DNA from: Octopus sinensis
Taxonomy: Eukaryota
Reading direction: 5' to 3'
DNA: 64,000 nt
Assembly (NCBI RefSeq): GCF_006345805.1
Contig: NC_043016.1
Coordinates: 19,530,001 to 19,594,000 of the forward strand
Shown: positions 1 to 10,722 of the stretch, in pieces
Layout: the number at the start of each line of letters is the position of its first letter
How positions within the stretch are numbered: position 1 is the stretch's first letter
Translations under genes and position numbers: made by a program
The notes under the pieces: generated by a model
Databases searched by the model: none
Told to the model about the DNA's origin: nothing
Seen by the model: only the letters and a program-made list of their open reading frames with translations

Positions 1-178
1 ACATAAAAAGCACCCACTACACTCTTGGAGTGGTTGGCGTTAGGAAGGGCATACAACTGAAGTAACTCTGCCGAATCAAGATTGAAGCCTGGTGCAGCCA
101 TCTGGTTCGCCAGTCCTCAGTCAAATCGTCCAACCCATGATAGCATGGAAAGCGGATGTTAAACGATGATGATGATGA
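1..178 (+). mobile_element. 3' end of abundant RTE-clade LINE (3' UTR with (GAT)n tail)
   Basis: Contains GTTGGCGTTAGGAAGGGCAT...CCAACCCATG..AGCATGGAAAGCGGA.GTTAAAC(GAT)n. The same sequence is contiguous with an RTE ORF at 10745-12335. Confidence 0.8.
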
Positions 179-317
179 ATCCCATACAGATATATCGGCA
201 CTGTTCACTTACATTTTCTTTCCTGCATCCAAAATATGCACTGTAGATTCCATTTATGCACATTTCTGTTGCAGGATAGAATACACAGGTAAATAGCAGT
301 CTTCAAAAATGTGAAAG

Positions 318-368
<51 letters not shown>

Positions 369-526
369 CTTGTTTGATTTTATGTTCATTTTTCTATGCT
401 AGCTTTGGTTAGATGAAACATTGAGGCAGATTTTCCATGCCTGGATTCATTTCCTCTTAGCTGATTCATTAAAACTTGAAACTAGGGACTTTTTACTAAC
501 CAGAAATTGTAAACAAAGATACTCCT

Positions 527-755
527 TTAACCCTTTAGCATTTAAGCCAGCCACATCCGGCCAAAATATTCTCCCCTGTTTTATGTTCAAACTGGCCAGA
601 TGTGGCCCCTCACACCTATTCTACAATATCATTCTAAAATTTAATAGTTACCTCATAAAAATTTCAAAGCTACAAGATAATGCATGATTAATTCAAAACA
701 ATAATGATAAATAAATGATCCATTAGACAGAATAATCTGGATGCTAAAGGGTTAC
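527..755. mobile_element. TTAA-flanked MITE (piggyBac-like ends)
   Basis: TTAA-CCCTTTAGCAT ... ATGCTAAAGGG-TTA terminal inverted repeats. A diverged copy in the opposite orientation lies at about 2990-3203. Confidence 0.7.
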
Positions 756-1077
756 GTCAGATTTGTTAATGTAGGTATATGCAATGATATTCATACACAC
801 ATGTATATGCACGCATGCACATACAAACACACTCTCACACACATACATACACACACACACAGTGAGCTTCTTCTCAGCTTCTGTCTATCAACTTCACTCA
901 CAAGGCATTTGTCAACCTATAAAGATATTTGCCCAGAGGGGAATTAACAGATGTTAATTGTCAGGAATGTAGAACAAGGGAATTCGAAACCACAGTCTTC
1001 AGGTACTTTTCTTATGTCGTAGTCACTATACTCCGTGTCTATCAAGTTGTTTTTTTTATTATGTCCTTTCTTTACAG

Positions 1078-1235
1078 ATGTTTGGATACGCCGTGTTATG
1101 ATGCATCCACAGCAGCAGTCTTGGGTACTCTCTGCAGTTCAGGGTAACAATGAAGTGTCAATGTGGGAGGTGGAGACCGGAGCCAGACAGAAGGCCCTCT
1201 GGGCTAGTAATTCCCCTGCTCTATCTCACAGAGAT
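1078..1235 (+). CDS. PIK3R4: PIK3R4/VPS15 internal exon (WD40 region)
   Basis: Polypyrimidine tract plus TTTACAG acceptor, GTACGT donor at 1236. Translates [52 protein letters not shown], matching the recalled vertebrate motif [24 protein letters not shown]...LWASSAPPLS. Confidence 0.93.
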
Positions 1236-2189
1236 GTACGTAAGAACACCAGCGGCAGGGCATTATAACTGTTTCTTCTACCACTGTATTATATAGTGTT
1301 GCACCTAGAGTTTAGTAATGTTTAATATAAACACACCAACATCAGTTGTTAAACAAACACACACACATACATATATACATGTATATATACAATGGGCTTC
1401 TTTCAATTTTATGTGAATGTGCGAATAATCATCATAGCAATTGTTTACTACCAATTATTGACTTCTAAACAGGGTTTGGTAAGATGGAATTTTTCTTATA
1501 TTTACTAATAACTGGTGCAGGGAAGAGGTGGTGGGTTGAAGTAGTAAACAAGGACGCAAGTGAGAAAATATAACCATTGCTTACCTCCCTTTCTGTCCCT
1601 CTTTGATTTTGCTTATTATTTTAACCCATGGTCTCAGCCACTTCCCTAAACCACTTGTGACTATATATATAAAGGCAATTTCATTTTACCAAACATTGTC
1701 CTTTGAGAAGCTGATATCAGTGAAACCATAAATTAAATAGTCACTGTGATTAATAATAAATAATGTGTCAGTCATGGAAAAATACCCAATAGACTCCTTA
1801 AAATGGTTGGCCTTAGCACAGTCATTCAATCATTGGAGCGGCTTAGTACAACTCTCCAACTCAATGGATCTTGTCAATCCATGTCAGTGTGGAAGATGGA
1901 CGTTAAATGATGACAACAATTATTATAATTCTGCATCCAATATTGAATCCTTCGTTTAGTGCAGGATTTGTGGAAATAAGTACACAAACTTATCACACAA
2001 GGAATTGTGTGTGGGTGTTACTATTTTACTATTATGGGTTTTGCAATAAGTCTTACTACAAAGTGCTTAACAGTTATTAACACAAGGAATCCTACATCTA
2101 TGCCATCACTGTACTGGTCAGGTTTGAACCTATAACCACATGCATTTTAGTCGGGAACTTCATCGCTTTTGTATCACTTAATTAGTAGC

Positions 2190-2515
2190 CGTGATACCAG
2201 TGCCGGTGGCACGTAAGAGAACCATCCGAACGTGGCTGTTGCCAGCGCTGCCCCGACTGGCCTCCATACCAGTGGCATGTAAAAAGCACCATCCGATTGT
2301 GGCTGTTGCCAGCCTTGTCTGGCACCTGTGCCAGTGGCACGAAAAAAGCACCCACTACACTCACGGAGCGGATGGCGTTAGGAAGGGCATCCAGCTGTAG
2401 AAACACTGCCAGATTAGACTGGGCCTGGTGCAGCCTTCTGGCTTCCCAGACCCCAGTTGAACCGTCCAACCCATGCTAGCATGGAAAGCGGACGTTAAAC
2501 GATGATGATGATGAT
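2190..2515 (+). mobile_element. RTE 3' UTR fragment with 2-3 internal ~60-bp units
   Basis: GTGCCGGTGGCACGTAA.A..ACC units followed by the conserved tail and (GAT)n. Confidence 0.75.
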
Positions 2516-2616
2516 TGGCTATCAATAGAATGTCCAGAATTTTATTATGAGAATATCTCTAAAGTTGTGATCATACTATTTCTGAAATTTATCTTTTTTT
2601 GTTTTCTTTATAACAG

Positions 2617-2790
2617 TCAAGTGATGAATCAGTTTACGGAATGTACATCGCTGCCACTGATAATAGTGTGTTTATGATAACCGGAGGATCAGACATGCGT
2701 GTTCGATTCTGGGATTTGAACTCTCCTAACAATTCTTTCATTATGGTGGGTGCAGCAACTGATGTGCCACAACAAATGACTACAAACTAT
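2617..2790 (+). CDS. PIK3R4: PIK3R4/VPS15 penultimate exon
   Basis: TTTATAACAG acceptor, phase 0. Translates SSDESVYGMYIAATDNSVFMITGGSDMRVRFWDLNSPNNSFIMVGAATDVPQQMTTNY (cf. vertebrate LLTAGSDMKIRFWDL). Donor is ambiguous: GTGTAA at 2791 or GTAAGT at 2793. Confidence 0.92.
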
Positions 2791-3243
2791 GTGTAAGTAT
2801 TTTTTTTTTAAAAACTGGCATTTTTATTTATTTATTTTTACCCTTTCACTTTGGAAAGCAGATGTATATCCACTTAAAATTTCATTAACCTTGACAACTG
2901 CAGAAAGCAGTTTTATAGACCAGTCTATTTTTTGTTGAGGGATGTCAAATTAACCAATTCCTTTCTTTCTTTTTTTTTTTTTGGAGGTATTTAACACTTT
3001 ACCATTCAGATTTCTCTGTCAAATGTAATGCTTATTCATTCACATTGTTTGGGATTAATCATGCATTATTTAATAGCTTGAGGTTTTTGATATTATTTTT
3101 CACTTAGTATGATAGATGTGAACGACTACATCTGGCTGATTGGATCATATAATTGGTAGAATATTTGTGCCAGATATGCTTAGTTTAAATGCTAAAGGGT
3201 TAGCATCATTTCTGGAATAGCCATGAAATTTAACTTCACAGTT

Positions 3244-3465
3244 CATCATTGTTTAACGTCCGCTTTCCATGCTAGCATGGGTTGGACGGTTTGACTGTGG
3301 GCTGGCGAACCAGATGGCTGCACCAGGCTCCAGTCTTGATCTGGCAGAGTATCTACAGCTGGATGCTCTTCTTAACGTCCACCACTCCGAGAGTGTAGTA
3401 GGTGCTTTTATGTGCCACCAGCACGGGGGCCAGTCAGGCGGTACTGGCAACGACCTCGCTCGAAT
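3244..3465 (-). mobile_element. RTE 3' UTR fragment
   Basis: Reverse complement of the tail family. Further copies at about 4686-4856, 12716-12975, 44360-44610 and 54054-54200. Confidence 0.75.
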
Positions 3466-3804
3466 TTTTTTTTTTTTTTTAAGGTTAATATCTATTTGCT
3501 AATATTTATTTAACAGTTGCTGTTGTGAACAATACTCTCATTGCTATAGAGATTACTTATCAATGTGTGATCCCTTAACAAAATGCTTTGTGAAACCTCT
3601 GTTGCACAGTCTGTACAGTGCATGCCAATATCCTCCACAAGCTTTCATCCATGCTCTCATTAATCCAAACCCATATTTGTCTTGATAGGCAACTGCAAAT
3701 GTGATTTCAAGCCAACAAATGAACATCTATTTGGACCAGTGGTTCTTAATCGTTTTAGTATTCAGACCAGATCCAAAACCTGGATTTTTGTATAGGTTTT
3801 TTTT

Positions 3805-4185
3805 TTTTTCAGTCATTTGACTGTGGCCATGCTGGAGCACCCCCTTTAGTCGAGCAAATCAACCCCAGGACTTATTCTTTGTAAACCTAGTACTTAATTC
3901 TATCGGTTTCTTTTGCCGAACTGCTAAGTTACTGGGATGCAAACACACCAGCATCGGTTGTCAAGCGATGTTGGGGGGACAAACACAGACACACAAACAC
4001 ACATATATATATATATACATATATACGATGGGCTTCTTTCAGTTTCCATCTACCAAATCCACTCACAAGGCATTGGTTGGCCTGAGGCTATAGTGGAAGA
4101 CACTTGCCCAAGGTGCCGCACAGTGGGACTGAATCCGGAATCATGTGGTTGGTAAGCAAGCTACTTACCACACAGCCACTCCTGT
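3805..4185 (-). mobile_element. tRNA-derived SINE, family B (head GGAGTGGCTGTGTGGTAAGTAGCTTGC, internal (TG/TA)n)
   Basis: A-box-like TGGCTGTGTGG and B-box-like GGTTC(A/C)GTCCC in the head, central microsatellite, tail AAATGACTGAAA. Many copies in the window. Confidence 0.8.
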
Positions 4186-4407
4186 GAGCTTGCTAAAAAA
4201 AAAAATAAAAAGAAGTCAAAGAAAAATTAATTATAGTTATTGAGGGAAGACTATTGGAGGTCACTGGAAAGATGTTCATGGGCAACATGGTAGCTAGAGT
4301 TTAGAACTGCTAATTTGCACACTTATCCTACAGCAAAATCTCCTTCAAATACCACCTTACTACCTTTAAGATGCATTAGATACTGTAGTTATATATATAT
4401 ATAGTGA

Positions 4408-4680
4408 AGGCACATGGCTCAGTGGTTAGAGCATTGAGCTTACGATCATGAGGTTGTAAGCTCAAATCCCAGACCGGGCTGTGTGTTGTGTTCTTGAGCA
4501 AGACACTTTATTTCACATTGCTCCAGTTCACTCAGCTGTAGAAATGAGTTGTGATGTCACAGGTGCCAAGCTGTATCAGTCTTTGCCTTTCCCTTGGATA
4601 ACACAGGTGGCGAGGAGGAGGGGAGGCTGGTACGCATGAGCGACTGCTGGTCTTCCGTAAGCAACCTTGCCCGGACTTCA
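4408..4680 (+). mobile_element. tRNA-derived SINE, family C (head GGCACATGGCTCAGTGGTTAGAGC)
   Basis: tRNA-like A/B boxes followed by TGTGTTCTTGAGCAAGACACTT...CACTCAGCTG. Related copies at about 44928-45173 (+) and 51095-51385 (-). Confidence 0.7.
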
Positions 4681-5620
4681 CAGTTCATCATCATCTTCAT
4701 CATCATCATCGTTTAACGTCCACTTTCCATGCTAGCATGGGTTGAACGGTTTGACTGTGGGCTGGCAAACCAGAAGGCTGCACCAAGCTCCAGTCTTGAT
4801 CTGGCAGAGTTTCTACATCTGGATGTTCTTCCTAACGCCAACCACTCCAAGAGTAACTTTCTTGGTGCAGTCCAATGGTCTGTGTCATGACCAAAGGGGG
4901 TTTCAGAATTCAGAACTGTAATTATAAATACGGTTATCATCACCGTTTTACATTTGCTTTATCATGTTAGTATGGGTTGAACAGGTTATCCTGTCACCCC
5001 ATGTTATCCCTGCTCATTCACCAACTACTTAACATTGGATGTGAATAAAAGGCATGATGGTCACAGCTGGATTTTCTTGTGTAATTTTCGTTTTTTTATA
5101 TCGTTTAATCAAGACGAAAGGTCTGCTGCCATAGCCTTTGCAAGCCTTCCTCAAATGGTGAAAGTGGTGCCCCTGATGATCACTTTGAACATATGCAAGT
5201 AGATGGCTGCAGGCAAAAACATAGCTGGAAAGGGAATTCCAGAGAGCTGATGACCCAAAGAGGAAGGAGTGAGTTTAAGGAGTAATGTGGGGGCCCTGGG
5301 GTGAAGACACAGTATGAAGAAGAGTATGAGGAGGAGAGAGATAAGTCTGTCAGTGGTGGCCTGCAATTAGGGATCTTATGAGGAGCAGAGGCAAGTATAG
5401 TGGTGGTGAAGAATGATGTGACAACATGTGTGATTTGAGCATCTTGAGGGACCACACAGTGGTTGTTGACACAAAGTAAACTTGGTGGTGGTAGTTGTTG
5501 TTGTTGTTCTTTAGCCCCAGATCAGATCAGCCCTGATCAGACAGTCTTATAATGAAAGTGACAACCATCTCATGCTTTTGTGTATGAGGAACTGCATTGT
5601 CCACTATATCTTTTGTTGAA

Positions 5621-5850
5621 TGGCGGCGAGCTGGCAGAAACGTTAGCACGCCGGGCAAAATGCGTAGCCGTATTTCGTTTGTCATTACGTTCTGAGTTCA
5701 AATTCTGCCGAGGTCGACTTTGTCTTTCATCCTTTCGGGGTCGATAAACTAAGTACCAGTTACGTACTGGGGTCAATGTAATTGACTTAATCCGTTTGTC
5801 TGTCCTTGTTTGTCCCCTCTATGTTTAGCCCCTTGTGGGCAGTAAAGACA
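5621..5850 (+). mobile_element. SINE family A (GGCGGCGAGCTGGCAGAAACG head; Deu/Nin-like core) with target-site duplication
   Basis: B-box GAGTTCAAAT, core TTTCATCCTTTCGGGGTCGATAAA.TAAGTACCAG, tail TGTTTAGCCCCTTGTGGGCAGTAAAGA. Flanked by a TATATCTTTT(T)GTTGAA duplication. Confidence 0.85.
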
Positions 5851-6109
5851 TATATATATATCTTTTGTTGAAGATGTAGGGTGGGATTTGGTTGATATTT
5901 CTAGCTGGTAAGCAAGCATGAGAAAGCTCTTTGTTGAACACAGAAACCTGCTGACATATACTGAAGTCAACTTCCTCAGCACTACAACAGGCAGACCATT
6001 ATTTCTCTCTCTCTCTTTTTTAAGAGAAATCGTTAGTATAAGAGGCAGGGTGAGGTAAGAGTTACTTCTATTTCATTACTTCAGAACAGTGATATGATTT
6101 ATTTGGCTT

Positions 6110-6450
6110 CTTAGCTTCATGCTCTTGCTTGATGGGGCTGGGTGGGATGGTCATTCCAAGTTACCAGTCCCAGAAGCATCATCATGTATAGAGCCAACCA
6201 GGTCCACCAGTGTTCTCTGTTGCTGGCAATCCTATGCCAACCTCTCTACGTCCTCCAAGGTGATGTTGAGCTTTTGGAGATATTCTCCAATCACATCCTG
6301 CCATCTGATGTGGGGCCTGCCACAAGGTCTCTTCTAGCCCATAGCTGCTGCATTGAATGAGAGTAAAGCCCTGGTAGGATGATCCAGTGGGAGATGGAGG
6401 ACATATGTGTACCAGTGCATGCGATAGATAGCTATGAGGTAGGAGGTTGT
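6110..6450 (-). mobile_element. decayed RTE 3' fragment
   Basis: GR-P..R-W-like remnants and a 3' tail on the minus strand; heavily mutated. Confidence 0.4.
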
Positions 6451-6834
6451 GGGCTGATGTGAGCATGCATGCAGTTCTTTGTTGGAAACATGATTTCCAT
6501 TTGATGGTGAGAGAGCTGAGAGTGTTTCAGTTACATACATAGATATACTTACATATGCTCAATTATAGCAGGAATTAATATAGTTTGCATCATTTTATTT
6601 GTGAAACCAAATAAACAGGTCATGGTCTCAAAGCGCCGAAAATATTTTGACAAATTAAATTTAAATGTTGAAGTGAATCTAACGGGTTTTTGTTTGTTTC
6701 TTAAATGGCTTATAAACACCTTCCACGCTGCAATTGTTTTTATTCCAGTACACGATCTCAGATCAGGTCACTTGCTATGCAAGTACATCTCCGCAAATAC
6801 ATAGTTATTTCAACCATTTATTTTCTATCTGTAG

Positions 6835-7035
6835 CTCCGACTTGTTGATGGAACAGAAGTTATCATAGAATCCTGTGTTACCAAACCTGGTCCCACTGAT
6901 GACATGCCTGGCAGATACCCTAAAACACCTTCACCTGGCCACAAAGACATTATCAATGACGTAAACATGTGCTACACATCGCAATATCTAGTTGTTACTG
7001 CTTCGTATGATGGCGTTGTTAAAGTATGGAAGTAA
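6835..7035 (+). CDS. PIK3R4: PIK3R4/VPS15 last coding exon
   Basis: TTTTCTATCTGTAG acceptor. Translates LRLVDGTEVIIESCVTKPGPTDDMPGRYPKTPSPGHKDIINDVNMCYTSQYLVVTASYDGVVKVWK*, matching the recalled vertebrate C-terminus GHHDIITDV...IVTASRDGIVKVWK*. Stop TAA at 7033-7035. Confidence 0.93.
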   Translation, partial: LRLVDGTEVIIESCVTKPGPTDDMPGRYPKTPSPGHKDIINDVNMCYTSQYLVVTASYDGVVKVWK

Positions 7036-7081
7036 AAAAAAAAAAGGAAAGGAAAAAAAACCTAAAAAACATGAACAGTTC

Positions 7082-7087
7082 AATAAA
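7082..7087 (+). promoter_or_regulatory. candidate polyadenylation signal
   Basis: AATAAA 47 nt after the PIK3R4 stop codon. Confidence 0.4.
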
Positions 7088-7335
7088 GATTACATTATTT
7101 ATTATCATTGTATGAATGATCATGCTGAGGTGGCTGAAAGACCTGTATATGGTATTTGTAAATGGTGTAAAGATTATTGTTTTAAAATTTCAACAGCAAA
7201 AGTAAAATGTAAGTCTAAATTATAAAAATGAATTCTTTTTTCTCATATCATATGGGTGTATAATGACGAATGTGGTGGTGGTGGTGGTGGTGGTGGTGGT
7301 GGTGGTGGTGGTGACCATTATTATTATTGAGCGAA

Positions 7336-7550
7336 GGCAGTGAGCTGGCAGCATTGTTAGCACACCGGGTGAAATGCTTAGCAGTATTTCATCTGTCTTT
7401 ATGTTCTGAGTTCAAACTTCACCGAGGTTGATTTTTGCCTTTTTATCCTTTTGGAGTCAACTTTGCCTTTCATCCTTTCGGGGTTAAGTATTTGGGCCAA
7501 TGTAATCACCTATCCCTTCCTCCAAGTTTCAGGTCTTGTGCCTATAGTAG
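7336..7550 (+). mobile_element. SINE family A variant with a different 3' tail
   Basis: Same head and core as family A (core partly duplicated), but the tail is TTTCAGGTCTTGTGCCTATAGTAGA. Confidence 0.7.
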
Positions 7551-8705
7551 ATGTAAAGAAAACCCGTACAGCATTCATGGCCAGAGAAGCAACCATCCGT
7601 GGGAGAAATGGTGAAGAACTGCATGACCAAGAAGGGATCAGAAAAAGATGGAAAGAGTACACTGAACAGTTGTATGCAGGGAAGAACCTTGATGAGCAGG
7701 CAGAAGAGAAGCCACTGGAACTGGAGCCAGACATCCCGGAGGATGAGGTGGTATGGGCAATAAAACAGCTGGCCAACCGAAAAGCCCCAGGTACTGATGG
7801 CATTCCACTAGAATTACTCAAGCCAATACCAACAAAAACACTAACATCGCTTTGCCAACGAATATGGAGAACCTGTAAGTGGCCAAGGGAATGGAAGAGG
7901 TCAGTTTTCATCCCAATACCAAAGAAAATAGACACCAAGGACTGCGCAAACTACCATACCATCACCCTGATCCCCCATGTAAGCAAAATTCTCTTTAAAA
8001 TCATCCAGAAGCGCCTGAACACAACTATTGAGAGAGAGTTGCCAGAGGTGCAAGCTGGTTTTAGAAAGGGAAGAAGCACCTGCGATCACATCGCTAACCT
8101 ACGGTGGATTATGGAAAAGGCAAGAGAATACCAAAAGAAGCTGTACATGTGTTTCATCGATTACTCCAAAGCCTTTGACAGCATTGATCATGACAAGTTA
8201 TGGAAATGTTTGGAGGAAATGGGAACACCTTTACACCTTGTCCAGCTTATTAGATCACTCTATCGAAACCAAGAGGCTACAGTACGGACACCATATGGCG
8301 ACACTGATTGCTTTGAGATTGGAAAAGGTACTCGGCAAGGTTGCATCCTGTTACCAGCAGCCTTCAGCATGTACGCTGAAAAGGTCATGAGGAATGCGGG
8401 CCTGGAGGATAGCAGCATCGGAGTGAGGATTGGAGGAAGAAATATTAATAACTTTCGCTATGCAGATGATACAACCCTGCTGGTAGAAAATAATAAGGAT
8501 CTAGAGAATCTTATCCTGCTAGTCAAGAAAGAGAGTGAGAAATTTGGGCTGTACCTCAATGTCAAGAAAACGAAGATCATGTCAACAGCAGCCACAACAA
8601 ACATCAGCATCAAGATCGATAATGAAGAGATCGAAGTGGTTGATGATTTCATCTTCCTTGGCTCCAAAATAAATCGAGATGGTAACTGCACCCCAGAAAT
8701 AAGGC
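7551..8705 (+). mobile_element. RTE/BovB-like LINE internal fragment, uninterrupted reverse-transcriptase frame
   Basis: ORF 7451-8821 contains KAPGTDGIP, WKRSVFIPIPKK, QAGFRKGR, FIDYSKAFD, GTRQGC, FRYADD and FIFLGS. No endonuclease and no 3' end; the ORF termini come from the flanking SINE pieces. Confidence 0.92.
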
Positions 8706-9099
8706 GGCGTGCTAATGTTTCTGCCAGCTCGCCGCCTTACCCTACTATAATACCGGTGAAGTTTTCTCAAGGTCTTTACAGGCATGCACACACACATGTA
8801 TATATGTGTGTGCGTATATGATGCTGATGGTTGTCCACTAGTAACTGACAAAGACCATTGCTGACCACTGCCCATGCAAAATGCTAGCAATGCCCATCCA
8901 TGCATGAGGTTATTCCACCCATGGTCAGCTTCACCTAGGTTCATGCCCACCACAGTACCCTCCTGCTCAACTGGGCATCAGAAAGTTACCTCACTGGTAA
9001 TTGCACAACCTAAAATTTTAGATCCAGTAAGTTTTGTTCAGCAGCTAACCGATCTTTTTCACCCTATTGACATGATTCAGAGACAAGATATCTAGTATC

Positions 9100-9555
9100 A
9101 ATATCATCATCATTGTGGGACCGTGGTCGAGACAATGGAATTTACTATGTTACGCCAGACTTCACGGTCCATCATAGCATTACGGAGGTCCTGTTGCTGG
9201 ATGCCTGTATCCCTGGAGATTACATCAGAGTAGAAGAGTGTGCGCCCTCTGGTATCACGAGCAGATGGCTTCCAGAGGAAAAGAGTAGAAATTACCTCGT
9301 TTTCAGCTCTACATCAATGTCCAGCAAACTGGACTCTTCTACCTTTCACAAGAGATGATACAGGTGGTAGTTTCCCATGTATTTGTACTTTGGTTGGATG
9401 ACGTTCCACGAGAGATTTTGAGCTCTCATAAGAAGGCAAGTGTAAGTTCCATCCAACTGCCTCTCAAGCTTCTTTGATAACGTCCAGGTTTCTGAGCCAT
9501 ATAGTAAAATTGGTTCGACTGTGGCTTTGAAGATTTTAAGTTTGAAATCAATATG
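9100..9555 (-). mobile_element. RTE-clade LINE 3' coding fragment
   Basis: LKIFKATVEPILLYGSETWTLSKKLERQLDGTYT.LL (post-RT LLYGxETW motif). Confidence 0.8.
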
Positions 9556-9861
9556 GGTCGCAGGTTTGGGAATGTAGGAACCCCTTGATCTCAAGTAGAA
9601 GCAAGAGATGCCCAAAATGTTCAATACCATTCCTTTCATATCTGGTTTTATATCAGAGTGACCTTCTCCAAGGGACATGCTTCAACAAAAGCTGAGGAGT
9701 GCCTCACTCCCAGTGATCTTCCAGCATGTCAGATATCAACTCAGAATTTCTGAGGGCCCCTGCTATTACTAGACAGTCATTGAACCTATACCCAGGTTCA
9801 TCCATCCTTTTGACAGGTCTTGTATTTAATCCCACTGGGTTTCTAGCAACCCTAGTGGTGG

Positions 9862-10210
9862 ATGTCAGTACTGCCTGACTGGCTTTCGTGCCTGTGGCAC
9901 ATAAAAAGCACCATTCGAGCATGGTTGTTGCCAGTGCTGCCTGACTTGATCCCATGCTGGTGGTATGTAAAAAGCACAATTCAAGCGTGGTCAATGCCAG
10001 TACAGCTTGACTGGCCCTTGTGCCTGTGGCATGTAAAAAAGCACCCACTACACTCTCAAGAGTAGTTGTGTTAGGAAGGGCATCCAGCTGTAGAAACCTC
10101 GCCAGATTAGTTTGGAGCCTGGTACAGCCTTTTGGCTTGCCAGCTCTCAATCGAACCATCCAACCCATGCCAGCATGGTAGGCGGACATTAAATGATGAT
10201 GATGATGATC
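9862..10210 (+). mobile_element. RTE 3' UTR copy
   Basis: Tail family with (GAT)n; near-identical inverted partner at 11005-11290. Confidence 0.8.
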
Positions 10211-10487
10211 CAGCCATGCAACAGGTTGTACTCCATTACATGTTACCAGTAACACTCGTGAGAGACCTCAGTAATGGCTTAGCATAATTTATATATGAGG
10301 TGACACGGGAAAAACAATGGTTATGTTATGAAAACAACCATTGTTTTTCCTGTACCATCTCTTTTTATTACCACTCTGTACTCATTTAACACTTTGCCAT
10401 GAAGCATGCATGTATTGAGTTCTACACCAAGTTATTAGTCTTGCAATGCCTAAGGGAAATATGTATAATATATATATCATCATCATC

Positions 10488-10722
10488 ATAAAAAACACCG
10501 TCCGAGCATGGCCGTCTGCCAGCCTCGTCTGGCACCTGTGTCGGTGGCACATAAAATCACCCACTACACTCTCGGAGTGGTTGGTGTTAGGAAGGGCATC
10601 CAGCTGTAGAAACACTGCCAGATCTGACTGGCCTGGTGCAGCCTTCGGGCTTGCCAGACCCCAGTTGAACCGTCCAACCCATGCTAGCATGGAAAGCGGA
10701 CGTTAAACGATGATGATGATGA
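10488..10722 (+). mobile_element. RTE 3' UTR copy, tail-to-tail with the next element
   Basis: Ends ACGTTAAACGATGATGATGATGAT, abutting the (CAT)n tail of the minus-strand copy. Confidence 0.8.

Noticed and set aside
275-288. 14-nt microexon candidate (TTGCAG...GTAAAT) upstream of the PIK3R4 exons
   Set aside because: It does not match the expected upstream VPS15 sequence and is not frame-preserving.
1695-1750. Possible hammerhead remnant (CTTTGAGAAGCTGATATCAGTGAAAC)
   Set aside because: The CUGANGA core is not intact; too degenerate to support.
4408-4480. tRNA genes at SINE heads (also 24900-24970, 41260-41335, 44928-45000)
   Set aside because: A/B boxes are present but no complete cloverleaf is evident, and each continues into a SINE body.
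7451-8821. 456-aa ORF as a host or domesticated RT gene
   Set aside because: It starts at a TTG within a SINE and ends in SINE/microsatellite sequence; it is a LINE fragment with chance in-frame flanks.
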